Below are positions 10,461 to 19,230 of a stretch of 64,000 bases of DNA, in pieces (position 1 is the stretch's first letter; each line of letters begins with the position of its first letter). The notes under the pieces were generated by a model. That model did not search any database, had not been told where the DNA came from, and saw only the letters and a program-made list of their open reading frames with translations. The translations under genes were made by a program, and so were the position numbers. The stretch lies in the NCBI GenBank assembly GCA_965205975.1, contig OZ242195.1, positions 1,280,001-1,344,000 of the forward strand, read 5' to 3'. Source of the stretch: Candidatus Latescibacterota bacterium. Lineage in GTDB: Bacteria; Latescibacterota; UBA2968.

Positions 10461-10745
10461 ATGCGTAATCTGCTTCTATCAACGTTATCCACACTCGCAC
10501 TTCTGATACACCCCCTATCTCTTTCAGCACAAAATAGCTTTTCCCTTTCGGTGGATTTGAATAGCGCGGCTGGCGATCAAGCAGTCACATCTTTGAATAC
10601 TGCTCCGGATCAAGTCATCACCATTGAGATATTTGGCAATAACATTCAGAACGCGAATGGGCTTGCTGTGCGTTTTGAATACGACGCCATTCAGGTGACT
10701 TACGATGGCTTATATTTCAGACGCTTCACATTTCTGGTCCGTTGA
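10461..10745 (+). pseudogene. Truncated secreted protein: signal peptide plus the start of a cohesin-like domain
   Basis: GGAGA RBS; signal MRNLLLSTL...LSAQ; SLSVDLNSAAGDQ...GLAVRFEYD, then an early stop. Confidence 0.6.
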
Positions 10746-10769
10746 ATACCTTTTGTATAAGAGAACCCG

Positions 10770-11201
10770 ATGAGGAATCTGATTTTGTCAATTTTATCCA
10801 TACTCGCGCTTTTGATACCCCCGCTGTCTCTTTCCGCGCAGAGCAGTCAATTTGAGACTATAACGCCGAATATACACATTGAATTGCAATTACAATCTCT
10901 TACGCCAGACTTTAATAGCGATGGCGTGGTTGATTTTGCCGACTTTTTGGCGTTTGGAGGTCAGTTTGGGGCACGTCAGGGTGATGGGAGATATGAAGCG
11001 AAATACGATCTGGACAGCGATGGCACGATGGGTTTTGGCGATTTTCTGATCTTTAGCAGCAGCTTTGGCAAAGAAGTGCCTGATAATGGGGGCAATACAA
11101 CGACAGTTACCATTCCAGACGCAAATCTGCGTGCAGCGATTGAGACAGCACTACACAAGGCGAAGGGTGCGCCCTACCCGTGCGAAGATGAAACCATTTG
11201 A
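10770..11201 (+). pseudogene. Truncated secreted protein: signal peptide, dockerin/EF-hand-like pair, LRR N-cap
   Basis: Signal nearly identical to the 10461 ORF; DFNSDGVVDFADF and DLDSDGTMGFGDF repeats; IPDANLRAAI cap followed by a stop. Confidence 0.7.
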
Positions 11202-11773
11202 GGGTAGGGAGCCAGAAGATGGGGAATACATGTACCGCAGGTAGAAGGTGGATGGTCGTTTACTTCAAAGACGCTGTCTGCCCTGCGAACTTAGAGCCTT
11301 GCAATTCTTGGAATAATTGCACTTGATCTGAATACTTCGTATTGAACGATTTTAAATAGGCGATGTATTTATCCGAATTATGATCACACGCTTCAGACAT
11401 ATCACGAGGCATGACATGATGTTCAATAATTCTTGGATACATCAGTCGGACAGGTCAGTTGGAAAGCGCTGAACGGTTTTGGGGCGGTGGCATGAATCTC
11501 GATCTCACGGATGTCCGCCTGTCGTGGCAAGCCGCACCGCCCGCTGATGCGGCGTCGAAGTTGACATGCGGCGCCGGGCTGATGCAGCAGCCGATGTACG
11601 TGGTTGACCCGCAAGGTCGCGTCGTCCGCACCATAGGCCATTGAAATGCCACTGATACCGAACGCCTGGCAGAGTGGATATCGGCGCGGTGAAGGTTGAC
11701 TGCGAGGGTGCCTGGGCCTGTATGGCAATGATCTGGCGGGTCGTCCACGAGGGTGCTTTGTCGATTGCGCGGT

Positions 11774-11856
11774 TCAGGCGCGTGCGACTTCAAAGGCCGT
11801 GATGTGGCTGTGGATGTGAAGCCCTTCGAACAGCGGCTCGTTGCCCTCAAACAGTT
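11774..11856 (-). pseudogene. Internally deleted remnant of a second AAA/PD-(D/E)XK gene
   Basis: Minus strand reads KELFEGNEPLFEGLHIHS joined to HITAFEVARA*, whose end matches NITAFEVAHA* at 10004. Confidence 0.65.
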
Positions 11857-11990
11857 CTTTCGTTGAAAGACCAGCATCTTGCTTCATTGCGCTATCTGTA
11901 TTATCTTGAGATTGCTGAGGGTCGATTTTGATTGCAAAACGCTACGACAGCTGTGGAAGCCTACGGTCAAGACCAGAATATGGACTGTTT

Positions 11991-13487
11991 ATGCCAATTG
12001 GATGTGTATATCTCATAGGTGCCGGGCCGGGTGATCCGGAATTGATAACGGTGAAGGGGTTACGCCTGATTCGGGAAGCAGATGTGATTTTGTATGACGG
12101 GTTGGCGAATCCCGAATTTTTGGAGGAAGCGCGGCGGGGATGCGAGTGTATCAATGTGGAAAAGCGCCCGGGTTTTCAGCGCGTGCAGCAAGATGAGATC
12201 AATCAGATGATGGTCGATTTCGCCCAAAAGGGGTTGATGGTGGTGCGATTAAAGGGGGGGGATCCCATTGTTTTTGGGCGCGGAGGAGAGGAAGCTGAAG
12301 TTCTGAGAGACCACGAGATTCCGTTTGAGATTGTACCGGGTATTACCAGTGCAATAGCAGCACCCGCTTATGCAGGTATTCCCGTGACCCATCGCGGTAT
12401 ATCCCCTCATGTGACGATTGTAACGGGAACAACGGCTTCGCTTGAAGGTGAAGGTGAAGTTGATTGGGAGGGGTTGGCAAAAGTGGGCGGCACACTCCTG
12501 ATTTTGATGGGCACGCAAAAACGCGGAGAAATTGCCCGACGTCTCATCGCGGGGGGACGCTCGCCAGAAACGCCCGTTGCAGCCGTGCAGTGGGGATCTT
12601 TGCCATTGCAACGGACTGTGAGAACGACATTGGGGGAGATGAACGCGGTCGAAATGACCAATCCCGCAGTCATTGTCGTTGGAAAGGTCGCGGGGATGGA
12701 TCTGGATTGGTTTGCGTCTAAACCCTTGTTCGGCAAAACGATTGCCGTGACGCGGGCACGCACACAGGCGAGTGAATTAGTACAGATGCTGCGGACGTTG
12801 GGCGCCCAAGTGCTGGAAGTGCCGACTATTGCATTTTCGGAACCCGAAAATTGGTGTGCTGTCGATGATGCTATTGCGGATATTCATTCTTATGATTGGC
12901 TTGTTTTGACGAGTACAAACGGAACCGATCGATTTTTTGAGCGTCTGTTTAAACAAGACCGCGATGTGCGCGCATTGGGGGAGATAAAAATTGCGACTAT
13001 TGGCGCGGCAACATCGTCACGAGTGCGTAAGCGGCATCTCAATGTAGATCTTGAAGCGACGAATCGCACGTCAGAAGGCTTGCTCGCGGATTTTGGCGCA
13101 GATCTTTCAGGACAGCGCTTTTTGCTACCTCGTCCTGAAGAATCTCGGGATGTGCTTGCCAATGGACTTAGAGATCGGGGTGGTGAGGTTCGTGAAATAG
13201 TTGTTTACAAAACTGTTATGCCCGAGTGCTTGCCCGAAAAATTTTTGCAGCTGCTACAAGAAAATGTCATTGATCTGATCGCGTTTACGAGTTCTTCTAC
13301 GGTTTTAAATCTGGTGAGTCTGTTAAAAAAGACAGGGCAAAACCGGGAATCCTTGCCAGCAGCGTGTATCGGTCCCATCACAGCTCAAACTGCAGTTGCG
13401 CAGGGTTTTGATGTGGTTGTCGAACTCGACGAAACATCGGTATCTATTTCTGGTCTTGTACAAGCGATTGCAGTGTATTTTAGATAA
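11991..13487 (+). CDS. cobA: Uroporphyrinogen-III C-methyltransferase / uroporphyrinogen-III synthase fusion (CobA-HemD)
   Basis: GAGPGDPELIT, RLKGGDP and VPGITS, then HemD motifs VTRARTQ, LTSTNG, FTSSSTV and CIGPIT. Confidence 0.93.
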   Translation: MPIGCVYLIGAGPGDPELITVKGLRLIREADVILYDGLANPEFLEEARRGCECINVEKRPGFQRVQQDEINQMMVDFAQKGLMVVRLKGGDPIVFGRGGEEAEVLRDHEIPFEIVPGITSAIAAPAYAGIPVTHRGISPHVTIVTGTTASLEGEGEVDWEGLAKVGGTLLILMGTQKRGEIARRLIAGGRSPETPVAAVQWGSLPLQRTVRTTLGEMNAVEMTNPAVIVVGKVAGMDLDWFASKPLFGKTIAVTRARTQASELVQMLRTLGAQVLEVPTIAFSEPENWCAVDDAIADIHSYDWLVLTSTNGTDRFFERLFKQDRDVRALGEIKIATIGAATSSRVRKRHLNVDLEATNRTSEGLLADFGADLSGQRFLLPRPEESRDVLANGLRDRGGEVREIVVYKTVMPECLPEKFLQLLQENVIDLIAFTSSSTVLNLVSLLKKTGQNRESLPAACIGPITAQTAVAQGFDVVVELDETSVSISGLVQAIAVYFR

Positions 13488-13496
13488 AAATTGCGG

Positions 13497-13525
13497 TTGA
13501 CATATAGGCGGGTAAGCAGTAAATT
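13497..13525 (+). promoter_or_regulatory. Putative sigma-70 promoter
   Basis: TTGACA-N17-TAAATT upstream of the 13573 gene. Confidence 0.55.
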
Positions 13526-13572
13526 TGTATAGATGATAGTGTAAACACTTTCATACAACAGGAGGAATCATT

Positions 13573-14379
13573 ATGAAACGTTTGATTATTGCGACATGTT
13601 TAGGGCTGGGGCTGGTTGGCTCGGCCATTGCTGGACCCCTGACACAGGGTATAGAATTTACGGGCGGTGAAAATAGCCTGGCAAATCTGGTGCTGCAACG
13701 CACGCAAAATATTGTTGCTGAAGATGGCGTTTTGAAGTTGCAGGTCGCTATCAATTACGCGCAGCAATTGAAGGGGTATGGTTTTGTATTGCAATACGAT
13801 CAATCCAAGTATGAGTTTGTCGAAGCGCGCCAGGTTGATCAAAACCTGCTCGATGCGAACAGTGGACAGCCCGCGCTATTTCTCGCGTCTAACAAGACGC
13901 CAGGGCAAGTGGCTGTTGGCGCGATGAAGGTCGATGGCCAGGCTGTGAGTGGCGATGGCGCTCTGGTCGAGTTTACGTTTAAAACCACACAGACGCCTCT
14001 TGCTTCTGATTTTCAGATCCTCGACGGTGTGATGGTTGATTTGGCCGGCGGTATCGATGCGATTACCAATATTGAAATAGGCTCCCTCAAGCCCATGCCC
14101 AAAGATTACGCTCTTGGGCAAAATGTCCCGAATCCTTTTAACCCTTCCACGACAATTGAATATCGGTTGCCCGAAGCTGGTGATGTTCAACTGGTGATTT
14201 ACAATTTGCTCGGACAGGAGGTTCGCACCTTAGTTCGAGAGTCGATGGATGCGGGTTTTCACTCGGTCGTTTGGGATGGCACGGATGAATTTGGCAAGCA
14301 AGTCGCCAGTGGCATTTATATTTATCGCATGTCAGTGGCCGATTTTACCCAGGTTCAACGCATGATGTTGCTGAAGTAA
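13573..14379 (+). CDS. Secreted protein with a cohesin-like domain and a C-terminal FlgD-Ig / sorting domain
   Basis: Signal peptide; LKGYGFVLQYD...SGDGALVEFTF; QNVPNPFNPST...WDGTD...VASGIYIYRM. Confidence 0.8.
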   Translation: MKRLIIATCLGLGLVGSAIAGPLTQGIEFTGGENSLANLVLQRTQNIVAEDGVLKLQVAINYAQQLKGYGFVLQYDQSKYEFVEARQVDQNLLDANSGQPALFLASNKTPGQVAVGAMKVDGQAVSGDGALVEFTFKTTQTPLASDFQILDGVMVDLAGGIDAITNIEIGSLKPMPKDYALGQNVPNPFNPSTTIEYRLPEAGDVQLVIYNLLGQEVRTLVRESMDAGFHSVVWDGTDEFGKQVASGIYIYRMSVADFTQVQRMMLLK

Positions 14380-14436
14380 TGGCGCATTCGGAAAGGGTAC
14401 AACTGGGAGGTAAACTCTCAGGTCAGTTCATTTTCG

Positions 14437-14470
14437 AGGCCGCTTCTTTTGAGGCGGCCTTTCTTTTTTT
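14437..14470 (+). terminator. Rho-independent terminator
   Basis: AGGCCGCTTC-TTTT-GAGGCGGCCT stem followed by a T tract. Confidence 0.75.
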
Positions 14471-14482
14471 GGAGGGAGTATC

Positions 14483-15529
14483 ATGATTCGCGTTGGACTG
14501 GTGGGCTATGGTTTGGGGGGGAAAGTCTTCCACGCACAATTGATTCAGATGGCCCCCGAACTCGAACTCTACGCGGTCTGTTCGCGTTCGTTAGAAAAAC
14601 GTCAGGATGCAGAGGCTGATTTTCCACAGATCGTGACGTATGACACTTTTGACGCGCTATTGGACGATGACAATGTCGATCTCGTTGTGTTGGCGACACC
14701 GCACGACACGCACGCACCGATGGCTATTCAGGCAATGGACGCGGGCAGACATCTCGTAACAGATAAAATTATGTGTTTGAATGAGTCCGAGGCGCTATCA
14801 ATGATTGAAGCGTCTGAGCGCAATCAGGTGCTTTTGAGTGTGTATCAAAATCGGCGATGGGACGGCGATTTTTTGACTTTGCAACATATACTTAGAGAAG
14901 GAATACTGGGCGATATTTATACAATTGAGTCCAATATCACAACTTATGGCGGACCGCATGCCGGATGGCGTGCGTGGAAAAAATACGGAGGAGGGCGCGT
15001 ACTCGATTGGGGAGCGCATCTGGTCGATCAGGCTCTTAGTCTTTACGGTCCGACAGTTGAGACCGTTTTTGCCGATTTGCAATATCGCTATCCCAAGAAC
15101 AAGGCCGATGTTGAGGCTCTATCTCTGATTCATCTAAGATTTGCAAACGGAGTGCGATATTTTATAGAATTGGGCACTGCGTGGATGTATGCCAAGCCGC
15201 GCTATCATGTGCGCGGCGCGCTCGGAAGTTTCAGAAAATACGGCATAGACCCTCAAGAAGCAGCGATGAAGGCGGGAGTCTTTGGCGTACCCGTTCCAGA
15301 AGACCCTGCGCGTTATCAATTGCGCGTTATCAATGAGCGCGGGCAAACCGCAGAGCACCCCGTGTCGCCCATGTTTGGCAGTTATCGCACGTATTACGAT
15401 AATGTGGGCGCGGCCCTTGTACAGGGAGAAGAATTGCTGGTTAACCCGAAGGAATGTTTAGAGGCCATTCGCGTGATTGACGCAATCAGGCTATCGGCAG
15501 AACGAGAAGAGGTTGTCAAGCTGATATAG
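14483..15529 (+). CDS. Gfo/Idh/MocA oxidoreductase (IolW-like)
   Basis: GLVGYGLGG, ATPHDTH, YQNRRWDGDF and DWGAHLVDQ motifs. Confidence 0.88.
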   Translation: MIRVGLVGYGLGGKVFHAQLIQMAPELELYAVCSRSLEKRQDAEADFPQIVTYDTFDALLDDDNVDLVVLATPHDTHAPMAIQAMDAGRHLVTDKIMCLNESEALSMIEASERNQVLLSVYQNRRWDGDFLTLQHILREGILGDIYTIESNITTYGGPHAGWRAWKKYGGGRVLDWGAHLVDQALSLYGPTVETVFADLQYRYPKNKADVEALSLIHLRFANGVRYFIELGTAWMYAKPRYHVRGALGSFRKYGIDPQEAAMKAGVFGVPVPEDPARYQLRVINERGQTAEHPVSPMFGSYRTYYDNVGAALVQGEELLVNPKECLEAIRVIDAIRLSAEREEVVKLI

Positions 15530-15543
15530 GAAAGGGTAGTTTT

Positions 15544-15699
15544 ATGGTGTGGGGCATTGTATTATTTGTCATTTTTACGGGTTGTTATCTGGGGCAGTGT
15601 GTTTCTTCTGGCCTGGGTGAAAAGCGCGGTTGGTCATTGCAGTGGATCTGTTGGCTGATCACGAGTTTGACAATTTTGATCTGCTATTTCATTGTTTAG
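15544..15699 (+). CDS. Small 51-aa membrane protein (not in the ORF track)
   Basis: MVWGIVLFVIFTGCYLGQCVSSGLGEKRGWSLQWICWLITSLTILICYFIV*; two hydrophobic stretches; fills the gap between co-oriented genes. Confidence 0.5.
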   Translation: MVWGIVLFVIFTGCYLGQCVSSGLGEKRGWSLQWICWLITSLTILICYFIV

Positions 15700-15709
15700 G
15701 ACCTCCATC

Positions 15710-16189
15710 GTGTTGTTTTGCGAATTAAAACGCCATCTCAACAAACCCGATGAAACGTATATGTGCGATTTGGTCTCCCGTGACACAGATTGGGTTGTCT
15801 TGTCTTATGTGTCAAACCGCGCCTGGGAAGTCGCCGGTGCCCTCTTGCCTGCTGGTTCTCAAACGCTGGCGTTTTACCAAACGGACGTCGCTCATGTTCT
15901 GTGGCGAATGTGTGCCCCTTCAGGTTACCTGAAGGGGCATTTATTTCATATTTGTCGAGATGTGCAGGTGGAAGAACACAAGGTCAGTTATCTGGATCTG
16001 CTTTTGGATATATGGATAGATTCCGATGGTGTTGTCGAGGTTTTAGACCGAGAAGATGTGGATATGTGTTATAGGGAAGGGAAACTGTGTGAAGCCGATC
16101 TGAAATCCATAGCGGCAGAAGAGAAACGGATTGTAGCGCACTGGCCCGGACTGGTGCGCGAGATGGACGCGCTTTTGAGCGACCTATAA
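15710..16189 (+). CDS. DUF402-like protein
   Basis: SYLDLLLDIWI...VLDREDV motif typical of DUF402; start codon uncertain. Confidence 0.7.
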   Translation: MLFCELKRHLNKPDETYMCDLVSRDTDWVVLSYVSNRAWEVAGALLPAGSQTLAFYQTDVAHVLWRMCAPSGYLKGHLFHICRDVQVEEHKVSYLDLLLDIWIDSDGVVEVLDREDVDMCYREGKLCEADLKSIAAEEKRIVAHWPGLVREMDALLSDL

Positions 16190-17071
16190 TGATTTCTGTT
16201 TTTCTTCGAGCAGTGGGATGAGTTCTCTGAGGTATTTGCGAAAATCTTTGGCAATGGCCGGATGGTTGAGGGAAAAGGCCACCGATGTTTTGAGATATGA
16301 GAGGAGATCGCCTACCGTATGCCACTCTCCTTCAATAGCGCATGCGTAAACCGCTCGGGATTGGCTCATCAATTCGATGGCATCGGTGAGTTGATATTCT
16401 CCATTTTCAGCAGGTTCGATCCGTTCGAGGAAGTCAAAAATTTCGGGCCCAAATATGTAGCGCCCAAGGGTTGCGAGATTTGATGGTGCTTTTGCAGGAT
16501 CGGGTTTTTCAACGAGCCCCTCAACGAGATAGACATCGTTTATGCGTTTGGCTTTAATAGCGCCATAGCTGCTGATGCGTTCTTGCGGTACTTCTTTGAC
16601 CGCGAGGATCGAGCTGTTATACTTTTGGTAGTGATCGATCAATTGCCCAATGCAAGGGCGTTCTGAAACGACGAGGTCGTCGCCGTAAAGAACGGCAAAG
16701 GGTTCGTCGCCAATATGTTTGCGGGCTTTGAGAACGGCGTGTCCTGTACCTAACTGATCTTTTTGCCGCACGTAATGGATGTCGGCCAGTTGTTCGATTC
16801 TATCGAGGGTTTCGAGCATTTTTCGATCTGCGCGTTCATGCAATGCATTAGCGATTTCGATGTTGCGATCAAAGTGGTCTTCAATTGCGCGTTTCCCTCG
16901 GCCCGTGATGATTAAGATATCTTCGATACCCGAATTGACGAGTTCCTCAATGATGTACTGAATTGCTGGTTTGTCAACAATGGGCATCATTTCTTTGGGC
17001 AGGGCCTTAGTGGCGGGCAGCATACGACTGCCGTGCCCCGCTGCGGGAATTACTGCTTTCCGAATTTTCAA
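16184..17071 (-). CDS. galU: UTP-glucose-1-phosphate uridylyltransferase
   Basis: KAVIPAAGHGSRMLPATKALPKEM, EDHFD, LVEKP and QLTDAI motifs; TTG start after GGAGG. Confidence 0.93.
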   Translation of the reverse strand: MKIRKAVIPAAGHGSRMLPATKALPKEMMPIVDKPAIQYIIEELVNSGIEDILIITGRGKRAIEDHFDRNIEIANALHERADRKMLETLDRIEQLADIHYVRQKDQLGTGHAVLKARKHIGDEPFAVLYGDDLVVSERPCIGQLIDHYQKYNSSILAVKEVPQERISSYGAIKAKRINDVYLVEGLVEKPDPAKAPSNLATLGRYIFGPEIFDFLERIEPAENGEYQLTDAIELMSQSRAVYACAIEGEWHTVGDLLSYLKTSVAFSLNHPAIAKDFRKYLRELIPLLEEKQKSL

Positions 17072-17179
17072 CAGGACCTCCAGAATGCTGAGATTTATCA
17101 AACTACCCGGATGACAAATTTCCGATTGTAAAAAAAAAATGTCAAGGATATTTTCTTACTATATGTTGTTTCTCATTAC

Positions 17180-17208
17180 TTGACTTTATTTTTTTAAAGA
17201 GTTATTAT
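17180..17208 (+). promoter_or_regulatory. Putative sigma-70 promoter of mreBC
   Basis: TTGACT-N17-TATTAT in the AT-rich divergent intergenic region. Confidence 0.5.
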
Positions 17209-17395
17209 TCAGCATCCTTTCTCCTCCTTTTATCGATTCTGTCAATTTTCCCCTATTCTAAACTCATCTTCTCGCTGCCATTCAACGATTTTTTGACAAG
17301 CAGTTAAGAGAATATCGAGAAATACAAACCAATTTTTTACCAATTTTGCCGGATTATTATTCATTGTATTGATTCCGGTGGGAGATAATATAGTT

Positions 17396-18415
17396 ATGGC
17401 TTTTTGGTTTTCGAACTTGTTTTCTAATGATATTGGTATTGATCTGGGAACTGCCAATACTTTGATTTATGTCAAGGGTCAGGGCATTGTGATTAATGAG
17501 CCTTCAATTGTTGCTCTCGAGCGTCATACACGCAAACCACTGGCCATTGGTGCTCAGGCCAAAGAAATGCTTGGGCGTGAAAAACCAGATATAGAGGTGG
17601 TGCGCCCGCTCCGCGATGGCGTTATCGCCGATTTTGATGTAACTGAGGAAATGTTGCGCTTTTTTATTTCAAAAGTACAAACAAATAAACTGCTGGTCAG
17701 GCCGCGCGTTGTAATTTGTGTGCCTTCTGGTGTTACACCTGTTGAGATGCGCGCTGTAAGCGAGGCAGCAGATCGCGCAGGTGCCCGCGAAGTTTATTTG
17801 ATAAAAGAGCCCATGGCGGCTGCGATTGGCGTTGGGTTGCCTATAAAAGATGCAGTGGGATCTATGGTCGTTGATATTGGCGGTGGAACAACGGAGATCG
17901 CCGTGATTGCACTGTCTGGCATTGTGACGTCGAGATCGATTAAAACAGCGGGCGATGAATTGACAGAAGTCATTGTGCAATTTCTCAAACGCAAACACAA
18001 TCTGCTGGTGGGAAGCCGCAGTGCAGAGCAAATCAAGTGCGCTATTGGTACTGCTGTGGGACTTGAGGAAGAACTGCAACATATGTGCCGTGGTCTGGAG
18101 ATGGTGCAAGCGATTCCCAGAGTTATTAATGTTCATTCAAAAGAAATCAGGGAGGCATTGGCCGGTTCGGTAAATGCGATTGTTAACGCTGTGCGCCGAA
18201 CACTCGAGCAGACCCCCCCCGAATTAGCCGCCGATATTCTCGACAATGGCATCATTTTAACAGGGGGTGGGGCATTGTTGCGCGGGCTGGATCGGCGATT
18301 GGTCAATGAGACGGGTTTGCCCGTTATGGTAGCCGATGATCCGTTGACCTGTGTGGTGCGAGGCACAGGTAAAGTCCTCGCAGATATCCATAGCTACAGG
18401 AACGTTTTGGAATAG
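17396..18415 (+). CDS. mreB: Rod shape-determining protein MreB
   Basis: IDLGTANT, RPLRDGVIADF, DIGGGTTE and LTGGGALL motifs. Confidence 0.97.
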   Translation: MAFWFSNLFSNDIGIDLGTANTLIYVKGQGIVINEPSIVALERHTRKPLAIGAQAKEMLGREKPDIEVVRPLRDGVIADFDVTEEMLRFFISKVQTNKLLVRPRVVICVPSGVTPVEMRAVSEAADRAGAREVYLIKEPMAAAIGVGLPIKDAVGSMVVDIGGGTTEIAVIALSGIVTSRSIKTAGDELTEVIVQFLKRKHNLLVGSRSAEQIKCAIGTAVGLEEELQHMCRGLEMVQAIPRVINVHSKEIREALAGSVNAIVNAVRRTLEQTPPELAADILDNGIILTGGGALLRGLDRRLVNETGLPVMVADDPLTCVVRGTGKVLADIHSYRNVLE

Positions 18416-18417
18416 CG

Positions 18418-19227
18418 ATGCAACGCATTCGTGTTTTTTTACGTGTTCACCGCAAGGGAGTTGTGCTAAGCATTGCGATTTTTACGTCGTTGATATTGAT
18501 GTTGTTCGACTCCTCAATACAGGCGCGATTTCCACACAGTGTTGCTCTTGAGTTGATGTCTATTGGGCATCGTATCCTCGCCTGGCCGATAGGGCTTTCA
18601 TCACTACAATACGAAAATGAGGCTCTGCGCGATCAGAATTTGCGTCTTTCTCTCGAATTGCTCAAACTCAGAGAGGCTCAACTTGAAAATGCACGCCTCC
18701 ATGCCTTGTTGCATTTCAAGTCGCAGCAGGCGGCTGAAAAATCTTATATTGTCGCGCGGGTGATTGCACGCAATCCCGCGAGAACTGCAAATACGATATT
18801 GATTGATGCCGGTACAGATGAAGGGATACAGGCCCGCATGCCTGTTGTGACTGCGGATGGGTTAGTGGGGCGTATCCTGGAAGTGCACGGTTATACTGCT
18901 ATTGTGCAGTTGCTCATAGATCACAACTGTCGGGTCAGTGCCGTGGTGCAGCGACACAGTCGCGTAAGTGGTATTGTGTCTTTTGAGGATGGCACATTCT
19001 ATTTGAAAAATGTGTCTCTTCGGGGGGATATTAAAGTCGGTGATCTGATCGTATCGTCCGGTTTGGGCGAACTGTTTCCAAAAGGGCTTTATGTGGGGCA
19101 GGTCGTCAAAGTAGGGGACGATGAAGCACAGGGTTTATTTAGAGAAATCATTTTGGCACCGGGCGTAAATTTCCATAATTTGGAAGAAGTCTTTGTGCTA
19201 AAGACCTCTTCGCAGATTAATAATTAA
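18418..19227 (+). CDS. mreC: Rod shape-determining protein MreC
   Basis: N-terminal TM, coiled coil ENARL, GLVGRI, SSGLGELFPKGL and LEEVFV. Confidence 0.93.
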   Translation: MQRIRVFLRVHRKGVVLSIAIFTSLILMLFDSSIQARFPHSVALELMSIGHRILAWPIGLSSLQYENEALRDQNLRLSLELLKLREAQLENARLHALLHFKSQQAAEKSYIVARVIARNPARTANTILIDAGTDEGIQARMPVVTADGLVGRILEVHGYTAIVQLLIDHNCRVSAVVQRHSRVSGIVSFEDGTFYLKNVSLRGDIKVGDLIVSSGLGELFPKGLYVGQVVKVGDDEAQGLFREIILAPGVNFHNLEEVFVLKTSSQINN

Positions 19228-19230
19228 AGG

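Noticed and set aside
11202..11760. ORFs 11260-11442, 11423-11728, 11455-11877 and 11459-11644 as genes
   Set aside because: Short, overlapping and without recognisable motifs; probably debris
14381..14430. Glycine riboswitch (AAACTCTCAGG)
   Set aside because: The other conserved elements are missing; only a short hairpin is present
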